Origin: Octopus vulgaris
Lineage: Eukaryota
DNA length: 64,000 bases
NCBI GenBank assembly: GCA_951406725.2
Contig: OX597822.1
Location: 99,820,001-99,884,000, forward strand
Reading direction: 5' to 3'
Shown here in pieces: positions 52,330-64,000 of this stretch (position 1 is its first letter; each line of letters starts with the position of its first letter). The notes below the pieces were generated by a model. The model did not search any database. It was not told the DNA's origin and saw only the letters and a list, made by a program, of their open reading frames with translations. Position numbers and translations under genes: made by a program.

Positions 52330-52779
52330 TATAAATGCATACAAATGTATGTATGTGTGTTTGTGTGTATAAATATAAATATACATATATATAAATGTAT
52401 TTGGGTATGAATGTGTATGTGTGTGCTAACTACACTTGAATTCGTTTATACCAGATACTGTAAAGTAACGAGTCTAATTGTTTAACATTACATTCTACAG
52501 ATTTCCAACAATAATTTCAAATAGCTTTCAGAAGATACACTAAACAGGAAATCTAACAGCCATTTAGAGGATTTTTCTGAAAATTTATGAATGACTAATG
52601 TAGCTTAGCATTGAATAAGATGTCACGAACATTTCAGAATTGCATTTTTTAATAGTTTAGCTTCCTATGACCAATTTACCTGAAACCATCCTTGGTTCTA
52701 TGATACAAATTTCTTGTCTTAAAATTATCTACATTAAATGATAAATTTCTGAGTGAGGTATAAACAGTAGCTGCATGAC

Positions 52780-52876
52780 ATCGTGAAGTATATTTGTCAC
52801 TTAAATGTGGCTAACCCCTAAGTAGCATCCACCCTTATGGGTTAGCCATATTTAAGTGGCAAATATACTTCACGAT
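52780..52876. repeat. Hairpin (38-bp arms, 21-nt loop) inside an insert with 12-bp TSD
   Basis: atcgtgaagtatatttgtcacttaaatgtggctaaccc / gggttagccatatttaagtggcaaatatacttcacgat; atctacattaaa at 52727-38 and 52875-86. Confidence 0.88.
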
Positions 52877-53181
52877 CTACATTAAAACCTACCATCAAAA
52901 TTTCGTGCTAATTTATGTTCTAAATGTCAGCTTAATAACGACAAAGTTAATTAGCTAAATTCTTCATTATTTTCAAAATTAATTGAAACAAAGCTTTGTT
53001 TTAAAAGAGAAAGTAATAAGTGCACGTAGATGTTTTGAAGTCCTTGTAGAGCGAGGATACAGGGATGTGAATGAGACTGATGTTGTGGTTTTAGTTATTG
53101 TAGTTTTAATGCTTGGACATAAAATACAGTGAGGACGGCAACTGATTTCAAAGAACACACAAATCTGTAACCACATCTTAA

Positions 53182-53402
53182 CTCTTTGGCATTTAAACCG
53201 GCCATATCCGGCCAAAAGTACTCTGCTTGTTTTATGTTCAAACTGGCCATATCTGATCTCTCACACCAACCCTACAATATCATCTTAAAAATTAACAGCT
53301 ACCTCATCAAAATCTCATAGCTACAAGATAACGCATGATTAGTTCAAAACAATGTGGATAAAAAAGCATTAATTTTGGCAGAATAATGTGAACATTAAGG
53401 GG
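53182..53402 (+). mobile_element. piggyBac-like MITE family 2 (followed by a partial second right half to ~53570)
   Basis: Matches 46483-46703; TTAA on both sides. Confidence 0.85.
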
Positions 53403-53769
53403 TTAAACTAGCCAGATTTGGCCTCTCACATCTATCCTACGATGTCATTCTAAAAATGAATAATCATGGTATCAAAATCTCAAAGCTGTGCTATATATAA
53501 TGCATGATTAATTTAAAACAATGTGAATAAATAAGCATTACATTTGATGAAGTAATCTGAATACCAAAGGATCAAAGAAGAAAGGTTTTTCACAAAAGCA
53601 AGATCAAACAAAACTGGGAAGTGAGAAAGTGTAATATCATGATGTTTGTGGGAAGAAGTGAATGCATGGGGGTTTCAATGGGGAAAGTGTTATAACAAAA
53701 ACATTTAACTGGAACAAATACTGCAAAGTATTTTACCTGAAAACTCAAGAAATTTTATAATAATAATAT

Positions 53770-54340
53770 TTTCTGCTATAGGCACAAAGCCTGAAATCTT
53801 AGTGAAGGGGGCTAGTGAACTGAACCCCAGTGCTCAAATGGTTTTTGTTTCATTGGTCCCAAAAGGATGAAAAGTAAAGTTGACCTTGGCAACATTTGAA
53901 CTCAGAATGTTAAGACAGACAAAATTCTACTCAATATGTTGTCTGGCATGCTGACAATTCTGTTTAATCCTTTCTACTATAGGCACAAGACTTGAAGTTT
54001 GAGGGGAGGGGGTCTAGGTAACTACATAGACCTCAGCACTTGTCTGGGACTTATTTTATCAAGCCCAAAAGGATGAAATCCAATGTTAACCTCAGCAGAA
54101 TTTGAACTCAGAACAGAAAGATACACAAAATGCTGCCATGCAATTTTTGGGGTTTGCTAATGATTCTACCAGCTTGTCACCTTAATAATTATAATAATAA
54201 TCCTTTCTACTTAGGCACAAGGCCTGAAATTTTAGGGGAGAGGGATCATTGATTACATCAAACCTACCGTGTAACTGCTACTTATTTCATTGACACTGAA
54301 AGGATGAAAGGCAAAATTAACTTCAGCGGAATTTAAACCC
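53770..54340 (-). mobile_element. Three head-to-tail old SINE family A copies
   Basis: ataggcacaa...aaaggatgaaa...atttgaactcagaa repeated three times. Confidence 0.75.
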
Positions 54341-54478
54341 AAAATAAGGAAGATAATCAGAAGAGTTTTGAGCACTTGGTGGCTTACTGAAAATATGCAG
54401 GTATCAAAGGTTACAGGTAGTAACCCACTACCTAATTAAATTCTACCAGGAATAAGATGAATCCTGACTCAAGTAGAA

Positions 54479-54509
<31 letters not shown>

Positions 54510-54543
54510 AAGAAGAAGGAGGAGGAGGAGGAGGAGGAGGAGT

Positions 54544-55106
54544 GAAAATGACCACATCTCTGGAACTTCACCATTCCAACTGACAGAAAGATAGATGCGA
54601 ATAAGCCAGACATTATATTGAAGGACTTTAGACAAAAATCATGCCTCCTCATCAATATGACATAGATGTATCTATCAAGACCTACCAAAAACTGAGTGAG
54701 TATAAAGATCTTGAAATAGAAATTGGCAAAACGTGGAACCTCAAGACTAAAACAATACCTGTTATCATAGGTGCCCAAGGAATGATAGCAAAAGGGGCTG
54801 ATTGATACCTAGCTCAGATATCTGGAAATCCAAAAATGGCAGAAATTTAAAAGATAATGTTCATGGGAATTGCCTATATTCTACATGAAATACTGTCTAT
54901 GTAATCTAAAATTTTAAAACAAACTTGTTAATTTTATATGTTTTCTTAAACATTCTCTAGAACAATATTTTGTACAAAACCAAATATATGGCACCCTAGT
55001 CATAACACCAGCTTGAACTTTTAACTTGTCTCTGGGTGAGACTTGGAGTCAACTTGTACAAATACAAAGCAAAAGTCAAACATATGATAATAATAATAAT
55101 AATAAT
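54544..55106 (+). mobile_element. 5'-truncated R4/Dong-type LINE remnant (restriction-like endonuclease C-terminus, 3'UTR, (ATA)n tail)
   Basis: LWNFTIPTDRKIDANKPDIILKDFRQKSCLLI...KLSEYKDLEIEIGKTWNLKTKTIPVIIGAQG (RLE PD..D..K..KY..L pattern) with stops; ends in (TAA)n. Confidence 0.8.
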
Positions 55107-55329
55107 CCTTTCTACTATAGGCACAAGGCCTGAAATTTGGGGGAGGGATAAGTCGATTATATCAACCCCAGTACTCAAATGGTACTTAATTTATCGATCC
55201 CAAGCGGATGAAAGGGAAAGTCGACCTTGGTGGAATTGGAACTCAGAACATAGCAGCAAACAAAATACCACTTAGCATTTCATCCGGCATGCGAACAATT
55301 CTGCCAGCTTGCCACCTTAATAATAATGA

Positions 55330-55363
<34 letters not shown>

Positions 55364-56629
55364 GGTCGTGGTGGTGATAAACAAGCCTAGTAGCAAGCTA
55401 CAGCTTTACTGTGATGAACTAGAACGTACAAGAGCAAAAGAAAAAAAAATTACTAGATACAAAACCAATAAAATTGTTAACAAAATTTATACTATATGAC
55501 CCAAATGTTGACACACACTGTGTGTGTTTATATGACCTCAGGGGGGAAGTCTGGCACAACTTGAGATGATACATAAAAAAATACTAATTCAATTGGAATA
55601 TGCATTTGCTTCATTAAAAAGAAAAACATTCTATGCTGAGAAGTTACAAAACAAACCAAAACAAATGGTTGTGCACAACAAAATACAAAGAAGCACAGAA
55701 ATGCTTTATAGAAATTAACGATTCTGGTCACAGATTCTTCAAAATATCGCATGAGAAATACTTAGCACAAAACACACTTCAGCAGAGATATATACAAATT
55801 TTGATAATGATGATGATGATGGTAGTGGTGGTGGTGATAATGGTGATAATAATTGGTAGAGAAGAAACAAGGGAATAAATTTTAAGAGAAGGAAAAGTGA
55901 GTCTTATTAACAAATGACTTAATTATATCTGCCTTGGAATGATGACAAGGCAGAGATTTAACTCAAAATGTAAAGAGACACAATTAAATTACATGACTTC
56001 GTGAAGGAAAATTCAACAATAATGCTTTGTAGATTGGCTACATTCGTTGGTGAATGACAGGGTCAATACAGGACAGAAAGATATCTTCAGCCACAGAGGT
56101 TGCAAGGGAGAGTGCTACAGCATCACAGCTCTTCCTCCATCTCGGTTTTGTCCTCAAGATATAGACAATGTGTGCATTCTTGAAGAAAATGGCGCGCGTG
56201 TATGTGTGTGTCTGTGAGCGCGCATATGAACTCTGGTAAATACACGCATGTAAGCAAAAAACAGAAGTATTTAAGTAACAGGTACAGTTCTATATTTAAA
56301 CTCGAATAAAGAAAATATATAAAAATTAGTCCTGGTTAATGAAGAACATTTTTCATCTTTGTTTTTTGTTGTTTTTTTATACTTTTTTGTTTTTCTTTTG
56401 TCTTTCTAAGCGGAGGAGAAAAGGTTGTAAATATTTCCGTCCTCATACACCCATGTCAATCATTACTAGAAAAGAATACAAAATCAGAAAAATATTGGAG
56501 GGGAAGCTACTCTAAATGGATTAATAATATAAGCTTTAGAATTATCTCCCTTACATCTATATATTTATGGTTTCCCCTTTCGAACTTTGATTTTGCGTAT
56601 TGTATAATAAATTAACTAAATAAATAAAA

Positions 56630-56668
<39 letters not shown>

Positions 56669-57334
56669 AACTTACGAGTTTTATGAAAATTTATAATTTT
56701 CCAAATAGGAAAATAAACGTTGATGAGCAAGAAAGAAATTTAGAAAATTGAACAAAATGAAAAAGAAAACATCTTTGGATATTTTCTGACGACATAAAAA
56801 TGATATGATCGATGTTTTTCCATAGGTTTATTTGATAATTTATCTAATCCAAAACACTGCAATCACGAAGTGAGGTTTGTTGCCATTAACGTGTTTGGAT
56901 TATCCAATAAAGGAAGAAACAATAGTCTGTGCGTAAAGCCTAGATTTAGAGATGAGGGATAGATCAAAGGGGAGTCAGTCTCAATTATCATTTTCCTGAA
57001 GTCTACTTTCCCATGCTCACATGGAATACTTTGAAGTGGACTTTCTAGATGTCCTTTCTGTTGCCAACCCTTCCTTTATAGTTTCGAAGAAGGATATTAT
57101 CCTATTATTTTCCAATGGCCAAGCATGATTTCTCGCAGAAGACTGGAAACGAACTACGTGACATATATGATGGTGGCACTTGTTTACAATCATAACATTA
57201 TGTCAAGACAAGGGCATGCAGACGCACGCACACTCATGTACGTGTATACGTACATACATACATACACACACACAAATACATACATACATACATACATACA
57301 CACACACATAAATATATACATACATACACACGTA

Positions 57335-57487
57335 GACGCAAGAGTGGCTGTGTAGTAAGTAGCTTGCTTATGAGTCACATGGTTCCGGGTTCAGTCCCAC
57401 TGCGTGGCACCTTGGGTAAGTGTCTTCTACTATAGCCTCAGGCCGACCAAAGTGGATTTGATAGACGGAAACTGAAAGAAGCCTGTC

Positions 57488-57557
<70 letters not shown>

Positions 57558-57780
57558 GTATGTGTGTGTATATGTTTGTGTGTCAGTGTATGTCCCCCCC
57601 AACATCGCTTGACAACTGATGCTAGTGTGTTTATGTACCCGTAACTTAGCGGTTCGGCAAGAGAGACCAATAGAAAAAGTACTAGGCTTACAAAGAGTAA
57701 GTCTTGTGGTCGATTTGTTCGACTAAAGGTAGTGCTCCAGCATGGCCACAGTCACGTGACTGGAACAAGTAAAAGTGTAA
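57335..57780 (+). mobile_element. SINE family B copy
   Basis: Head gacgcaagagtggctgtgtagtaagtagcttgc, central (TA)n, tail gaacaagtaaaag. Confidence 0.88.
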
Positions 57781-57849
57781 TACATACACACGCACAAATA
57801 TACACATACAGACAGACATATATACATAATATACATACACATACATACT

Positions 57850-58208
57850 TACAAATATCTCTTTGGAAAACAAAGAAAAAGAGGATATCTATGAACAACT
57901 GCTTCAAAACATCCAGCTTCTATATCCAGACTATGAATTCATATTCATACCAATAATAATTGGAGCACTAGGTTTTGTTTATAAATGCTTAAAAGAGAAT
58001 CTGGATAAACTGGGATTTTCAGAAAGAGAAACTGACTGGCTGATTCGTACATTACAAGTTCAATCTGTGAGTGGAACAGTGAAAACATGCAAGACTTCTG
58101 TCAAGTTCCAAATGTGAATTTGTCTGTGTTAATTATATATTTGTATATATTTGTTGGAAACCGGCTACCTCCTTAGTGGGAGATTTATAATAATTAAAGA
58201 ATATATCC
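57850..58208 (+). pseudogene. Second RLE-type (R4/NeSL-like) LINE C-terminal remnant
   Basis: ORF 57863-58117 KEKEDIYEQLLQNIQLLYPDYEFIFIPIIIGALG matches the RLE C-terminal K..Y..L...P.IIGALG motif. Confidence 0.7.
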
Positions 58209-60727
58209 ATGTGTGTGTACATACATACATACATATATACGTACATAAAGACACACATACATGCATGCATACATACGTACGTACATACATACACATTCAT
58301 ACATACACATTCATACATACATACATACATACATACATACATACATACATACATACATAAAGACATACATACATGCATGCATACATACGTACATGCACAC
58401 ACACAGACACACACGTACGTATGCAAATGTATAGAGCCTCTTTTGTTATAATGAGTGTTCCTTTTCTCTTATGTTTCCTTTATGCTCTGTTTATAATGAT
58501 AACCATTTTTTAAATTGTTTTTCTTGTTTCAATCATTGTACTGTGACTGTACTGAAGCACCACCTTGAAGGAGTTGCCAAGCAAATTCGTCTCAGTACAT
58601 ATTTTAATTTGATACTAATTCCATCAGTTTCTTTGGTTGAACCTCTAAGTAATGGACACATAAACAAACCAACACCAGCTGTCAAGCAGTAGGGGAACAA
58701 ATACAAACACAAAGGCACACACACACACACACACACGTACATGTTAGCATGGATTGGATGTTTTTACCGGATCTAGTGGCCAGAGGACCATATCTTCCTC
58801 TCCAGAGTCAGTTCTGATATGGTTTCTTCATTTCGATGCCCTTCCTAAAGCCAACCATCGTACAAAGTGTACTGGGTGCTTTGTTCATGGCATGAGCACT
58901 ATTAAGGTCCCCTTGCAACTTGCAAGACTGAAGAGCCCCTCTTGGCAGAGGTAGGAGGGGGAATAGGGGATAGGATGATGCTTTAACTTCTTAGCACTCA
59001 GATTACTCCGTCAAACGTAATTCTTAATTATTCACATTGCTTTGAATTAATCATGCATTATCTCATAGCTTTGAGATTTCGATGAAGTGATTGCTTAGAT
59101 TTAAGAATGACATTGTAGGGTAAGTGTGAGATGTTGGAGCCTGTCCATTTGAATTTAAAACAGGTAGAATATTTCGGGTGTTGACAAGATAAACTATGAT
59201 GGGGGCAGCAGGAACAGGTTTACTGTTTGTGGAAAAAATTCATGACAATTGATGATAAAACCTCTTAGTTTCAAAAAAATATTGCTTCGCAAAGATTGCT
59301 TTAACTTTTTAGCATTCAAATTATTCTGTCAAAAGTTGGCTGTGTGGTAAGAAGCTTGCTTCCCAACCAAATGGTTCTGGGTTCAGTCCCACTACATGGC
59401 AACATGCCAAGTGTCTTCTATTATAGCCACAGGCCAATCAAAGCTTTGTGAGTGGATTTAGTAGATGGAAACTGAAAGAAGCCCATCATATATACATATA
59501 TATATGTAAAAGTTTGTGTACCTGTTTGTACCCCCCACCACCGATGTTGGTGTGTTTATGTTCATGTAACTTAGCAGTTCAGCAAAAGAGACCGATAGAA
59601 TAATAACTAAGCTTACACTTACAGGGGTCGACTTCTTAAACTAAAGCCGGTGCTCCAGCTTAGCCACAGTCAAATGACTGAAACAAGAAAGAGAAAAAAA
59701 GAATTATTTATTCATTGTTTTGAATTTATTATGCATTATCTTGTAGCTTCAAGATTTCGATCATTATTTTTTTTTCCTTTTTTTGACTTTTCATCAGGCT
59801 GCGGCCATGCTGGGGCACTGCATGGAAAGGTGTTAGTTGAACAAATTGAACCCAGTACTTGTTTTTAAAGCCTGGTATTTATTCTATTTGTCTCTCTTGC
59901 TGAACCTTTGAGCTACAAACACACCAATACTGGTTGCCAAGTGGTGGTCGGGGAAGGGGGAACAGACAGACAGACACACACACACACACACACACAAAAC
60001 AAACATACAACAGGCTTCTTTCAGTTTCCATCTACCAAGTCCACTCACAAGGCTTTGGTTGGCCCAAGGCTATAGTAGAAAACACTTGTCCAAGGTGCCA
60101 CACAGTGGGATTGAACCCAGAAGCATGTGGTTGAGAAGCAAGCTTTTTACCACACAGCGACACCTACATCTGTGATTGTTTATTTTTAGAATAACTGTGT
60201 AGAGAATGTGTGAGAGGTTATATTTTACAGGATTGGACACAGAAGAGGTAAAATATTTGGCCAGTGTAATTGCTAAAGAGTTAAGTTTGGATGTTTTACT
60301 AAAGAAAAAAGAGAAAAAATGTGAAATATGAGAAATCATTATTTTTCTTTTACCTTCTATTTAAGACATACATATCGAATTTTCAAATATACAATAAACA
60401 GGTAAATGCTACAAATTTTTGTGGTTTAAAGATTAGAGTAGAGCGTGGCAGGCAGAGAGGTCTACTGAACAGGTTGAATATTTGTTTAGGTTAAATAATA
60501 GAATATTTACATAGAGGAACAAAAAAAAAAAAGAAGAAAGAAAAAGAAACAGGATATGAGGAAAATAATGTAGGAAAAATGCTGATTAATAGGTTAAAAT
60601 ATAAAAGAGAAAATGTGAAATATGTTTTAAATACGGCATTTACGAAAATCACTGGTTTGTAATATACAATATGAATAAATGGATATGAAAGGAACTAACA
60701 TTGAACATTGTGTCATAATCGTTAAAA

Positions 60728-60913
60728 TGTTGGATTATTACAACGCCCACTTTGGTATACAGTAGACTTAGTAAAACTAGTGAAGACATAACTATCTCTG
60801 ACCGCTTACTACATACTTCAGTACATCATGTACTTTCTCTTTACTTATAGTGATTAGGTTACCCCTTTTGTCATGTAGGAGGGCCATACCATTATTACTA
60901 ATTCCCTACAACA
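60728..60913 (-). mobile_element. 3' LTR of the Gypsy element (186 bp)
   Basis: Minus: polypurine tract aaaaggggagg (60914-60924) then TGTTG...CAACA inverted termini, downstream of the integrase. Confidence 0.7.
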
Positions 60914-61016
60914 CCTCCCCTTTTGAATTTTTCATAAGAAGTGTCATTTTATTTAGCAATAATTTTTTTTTTTTTATTCACCCCCACCTCCCGTTTTTGA
61001 GGTTATTTTTTCATAC

Positions 61017-61395
61017 TCTCTTTACTCTTTTTACTTGTTTCAGCCAGTTGACTGCGGACATGCTGGAGCACCGCCTTTAGTCGAGCAAATCGACCCCGGG
61101 ACTTATTCTTTGTAAGCCCAGTACTTATTCTATCGGTCTCTTTTGCCGAACCGCTAAGTGATGGGGACATAAACACACCAGCATCGGTTGTCAAGCAATG
61201 CTAGGGGGACAAACACAGACACACAAACATACATACATATATATATACATATATATGACAGGCTTCTTTCAGTTTCTGTCTACCAAATCCACTCACAAGG
61301 CTTTGGTTGGCCCGAGGCTATAGTAGAAGTGGGACTGAACCTGGAACCATGTAGTTGGTTAGCAAGCTACTTACCACACAGCCACTCCTGCGCCT
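61017..61395 (-). mobile_element. SINE family B copy flanked by a ~187-bp direct duplication
   Basis: 60828-61016 is repeated at 61396-61580. Confidence 0.9.
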
Positions 61396-61599
61396 ATGTA
61401 TTTCTCTTTACTTATAGTGATTAGGTTACCCCTTTTGTCATGTAGGAGGGCCATACCATTATTACTAATTCCCTACAACACCTCCTCTTTTGAGTTTTTC
61501 ATAGGAAGTGTCATTTTATTTAGCAATAATAATTTTTTTTATTCACCCCACCTCCCTTTTCTGAGGTTGTTTTTTCATACAATTTAATATTTTTTGCAC

Positions 61600-64000
61600 A
61601 TGGCATCTATTTTCAGGAACTCTGTATGTTTTCTTTTCCTCTCACTTGTACACCTGGGTTCAATCATTTGCAGTGGTGTTGGTACTTTGAACATATCGTA
61701 CAACCATTGGTTCCTCCAACTTCTCTGGTTTGCTTTCCACGAATCCCTTTTTCAGTTGGTTCCTGTATCTCTTTTGTGTGCCTTTTCAACTTTTTACCCA
61801 ATACATCATTTTACCATTACACCATCTTCTCAACTTTGCTTTCCATTCTTGTATGTCCTTATATACACCTTTTCATCAACTTAAAAGAATTTCGCTATGT
61901 CTTCCCTGCCACTTTTTCTTTTCTTGCCAAGTAGCAATTCATCAAAGACTAATTTTACTTTCCTCACAAACAGCAGCTCCACAGGTGTGCTACCTGCTGG
62001 TGTATTCAGATTTGGTGTTACATGGTACACTCTTAAAAACTGTTCTTGGGTTCTTTTGAAGGTATCGACAAAGCATTCTGCCTGTCCATTAGATCTGGGA
62101 TGGTATGGTGCCATAGTTATATGTTCTACCACAAACATTTCACAATTTTTTTTTAATCTGCTAGACACAAATTGTGTTCCCTTGTCAGAGACTATCTTAT
62201 CTAGGATGCCAAATCTTGCAAACAATTCATGCAAAAACAACTTTATCACAATTGAGGAGGTTGGTTTTTTACACTTACAAATTTCTGGCCATTTTGAGAA
62301 ACTATCAACTACCACTAAGTAGTAAGAACCATGTAAAAGGACCAGCGAAATCGATGTGTAGCCTTGACCACAGAACATCTACTTTTGAACAATGTTTACT
62401 TTTTATCGTGGGCAATTTTTCCATTTCATTTTGGCTTACATACAGGTGTTCTACTCTGTTTTACAGCAATTTTTTGTTCTAGCCCCTCAGCCACATTTGA
62501 ACCTTTGACTGAACCAACTATATTTCCACACAAAATACTTATGGGCATATCCCACAATTTGAATAGTTCCATCCACTCTGTACCAAACAGATTAATTGAA
62601 CTTTTTAACACACGTATCTTCACCTTTTCTGTTTGACCTTGAAATGTTACAACCATATGAATTCACCGAAAAATATTATCTTTTTCCTGTAACACCAAGT
62701 GCTACCTATTTAGATTTAATTAATTTTGGCTTACCAACATATTTCCAAGTTTATTTTTATTTATAATGGTGATATTACTACCAGTGTCTAACTGCATTTT
62801 AATACTTGTATTTCTGATTTTCACCTTCATGAATTTCCTCATCGTTATATTACCAATTTCTTCCGATGACATACTATTTATTCTTTTTCCTTTGTTCTGA
62901 TGTTTTGTCATCTTCATTCAATTTTTATATGTCCTATATTTCCACAATGAAAACACTCTGCTTTCTTAAATGGACAATTTTTCCTCAGGTGTATACATCC
63001 CCATTCAAAACATGGGTTTATTTCCTGATTTTTGTAGCATTTTTTAGAAAACACTTTATCTTTATTCTGACTATTTCACACTTATTTTATTTACTTGGAA
63101 ACAATCTTTACAGTCAATTTCCTCTGTATCGTGTCTTAACTGTATCGTGTCTTAACTTTCACATTCTTCTAACACTTGCTGTAGGGTTACCTCCTGGTTT
63201 TGTTCCAGCTTTGCGAGAATTCTAGTTCTAACTTTTGCGTCTTTTTCAGCAGTTAGTCCCTATGTAAAAATCAGGCATCTGAACGTAGGTCGTGTTAATT
63301 CATCCAGCTTAACCCTTTTGTTACCAACCCGGCTGAAACCGGCTCTGGCTTTGTAGTACAAATGTCTTGTTTTCATAAGTTTTGAATTAAAACCTTCCAC
63401 CAAACCTTCGTCACAATTAAGGTTCCTAACACTAGCTAAATGATAACTAAATTATTTTACTAAATTCTTTCTTATATTTAAAATAATTGAGAGAAAAACA
63501 GTGAATCTCAAAATAAATACAGTAATGAAAGGGTTAATGACAACTAAGTTATTTTACTAAATTCTTTGTTATATCTAAAGTAATTGAAAGAAACACAGAA
63601 CATCTCAACAGAAATACAGTAATGAAAGGGTTAAACGTCTCACATTCCCTGTTAACTCTATCAGCATAAGTGATGTAGTCCTCATTGTTGCTTTTCACTC
63701 TGTTCAAACATTTCCATCATGCGCTGAACAATGAACTTTTTTCACTGAAAATTTCACACAATATCTCTATTGTGTCATTAAAGTTTATGTCCAAAGGTTT
63801 TCCTGAGAGTTCATAATTACTGTATGGTTCATGTCCTGTTGCTGCCAGTTCTCTCAAGATTAAGCGAGTTTCCATCTCATCATCCCAATCTTTACATTCT
63901 TTCTTGAAGACTTGCTCATATCTTCCGTATCATGCTTCGAAAGCAACTCCTTGAACTCTGTAATGGAGTTCATGTCATCGTCCGTCGAGAACACTTTTTC
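61600..64000 (-). mobile_element. Decayed Ty3/Gypsy internal region: gag, protease, integrase; RT/RNase H missing; runs off the window
   Basis: Integrase YYLVVVDSFSKWPE...IVSDKGTQF...APYHPRSNGQAE (61881-62378); protease MQLDTGS...NLFGTEW; gag RYEQVF...IFSEKSSLF...RVNRECETFKLDELT...FRCLIF; many stops. Confidence 0.88.
63313..63630 (+). mobile_element. piggyBac-like MITE family 1 with duplicated right end, inserted in Gypsy gag
   Basis: TTAA at 63309-12 and 63631-34; removing it restores the gag frame ECETF-KLDEL; extra GAAAGGGTTAA end at 63527-37. Confidence 0.9.

Overview
AT-rich eukaryotic (animal) genomic DNA with no confidently identifiable host protein-coding exon, so probably intronic or intergenic. 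The SINE families and microsatellite load suggest an octopus/cephalopod genome (inference). The only long real ORF (2556..5723, +) belongs to an apparently intact RTE-clade LINE (APE endonuclease + reverse transcriptase) sitting inside a (TA)n array. It has four unusual traits: a C4HC3 PHD finger inserted within the RT, a candidate 117-nt GT-AG intron that would remove an in-frame stop, a 600-bp-period TATA-containing 5' repeat, and a variable-copy 3'UTR minisatellite of putative pseudoknots. The rest of the window holds truncated RTE copies, three tRNA-derived SINE families, TTAA (piggyBac-like) MITEs, a non-autonomous Helitron, R4/Dong-type and CR1/L2-type LINE remnants, a Penelope GIY-YIG remnant and a decayed Gypsy element. 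The strongest unexplained pattern is a set of fold-back (inverted-repeat) insertions, several carrying minimal type I hammerhead ribozyme motifs of the Penelope pLTR kind, clustered at 9-12.2 kb. Nearly all short ORFs in the track are microsatellite or repeat artefacts. All coordinates and alignments were read by eye and may be off by a few bases.
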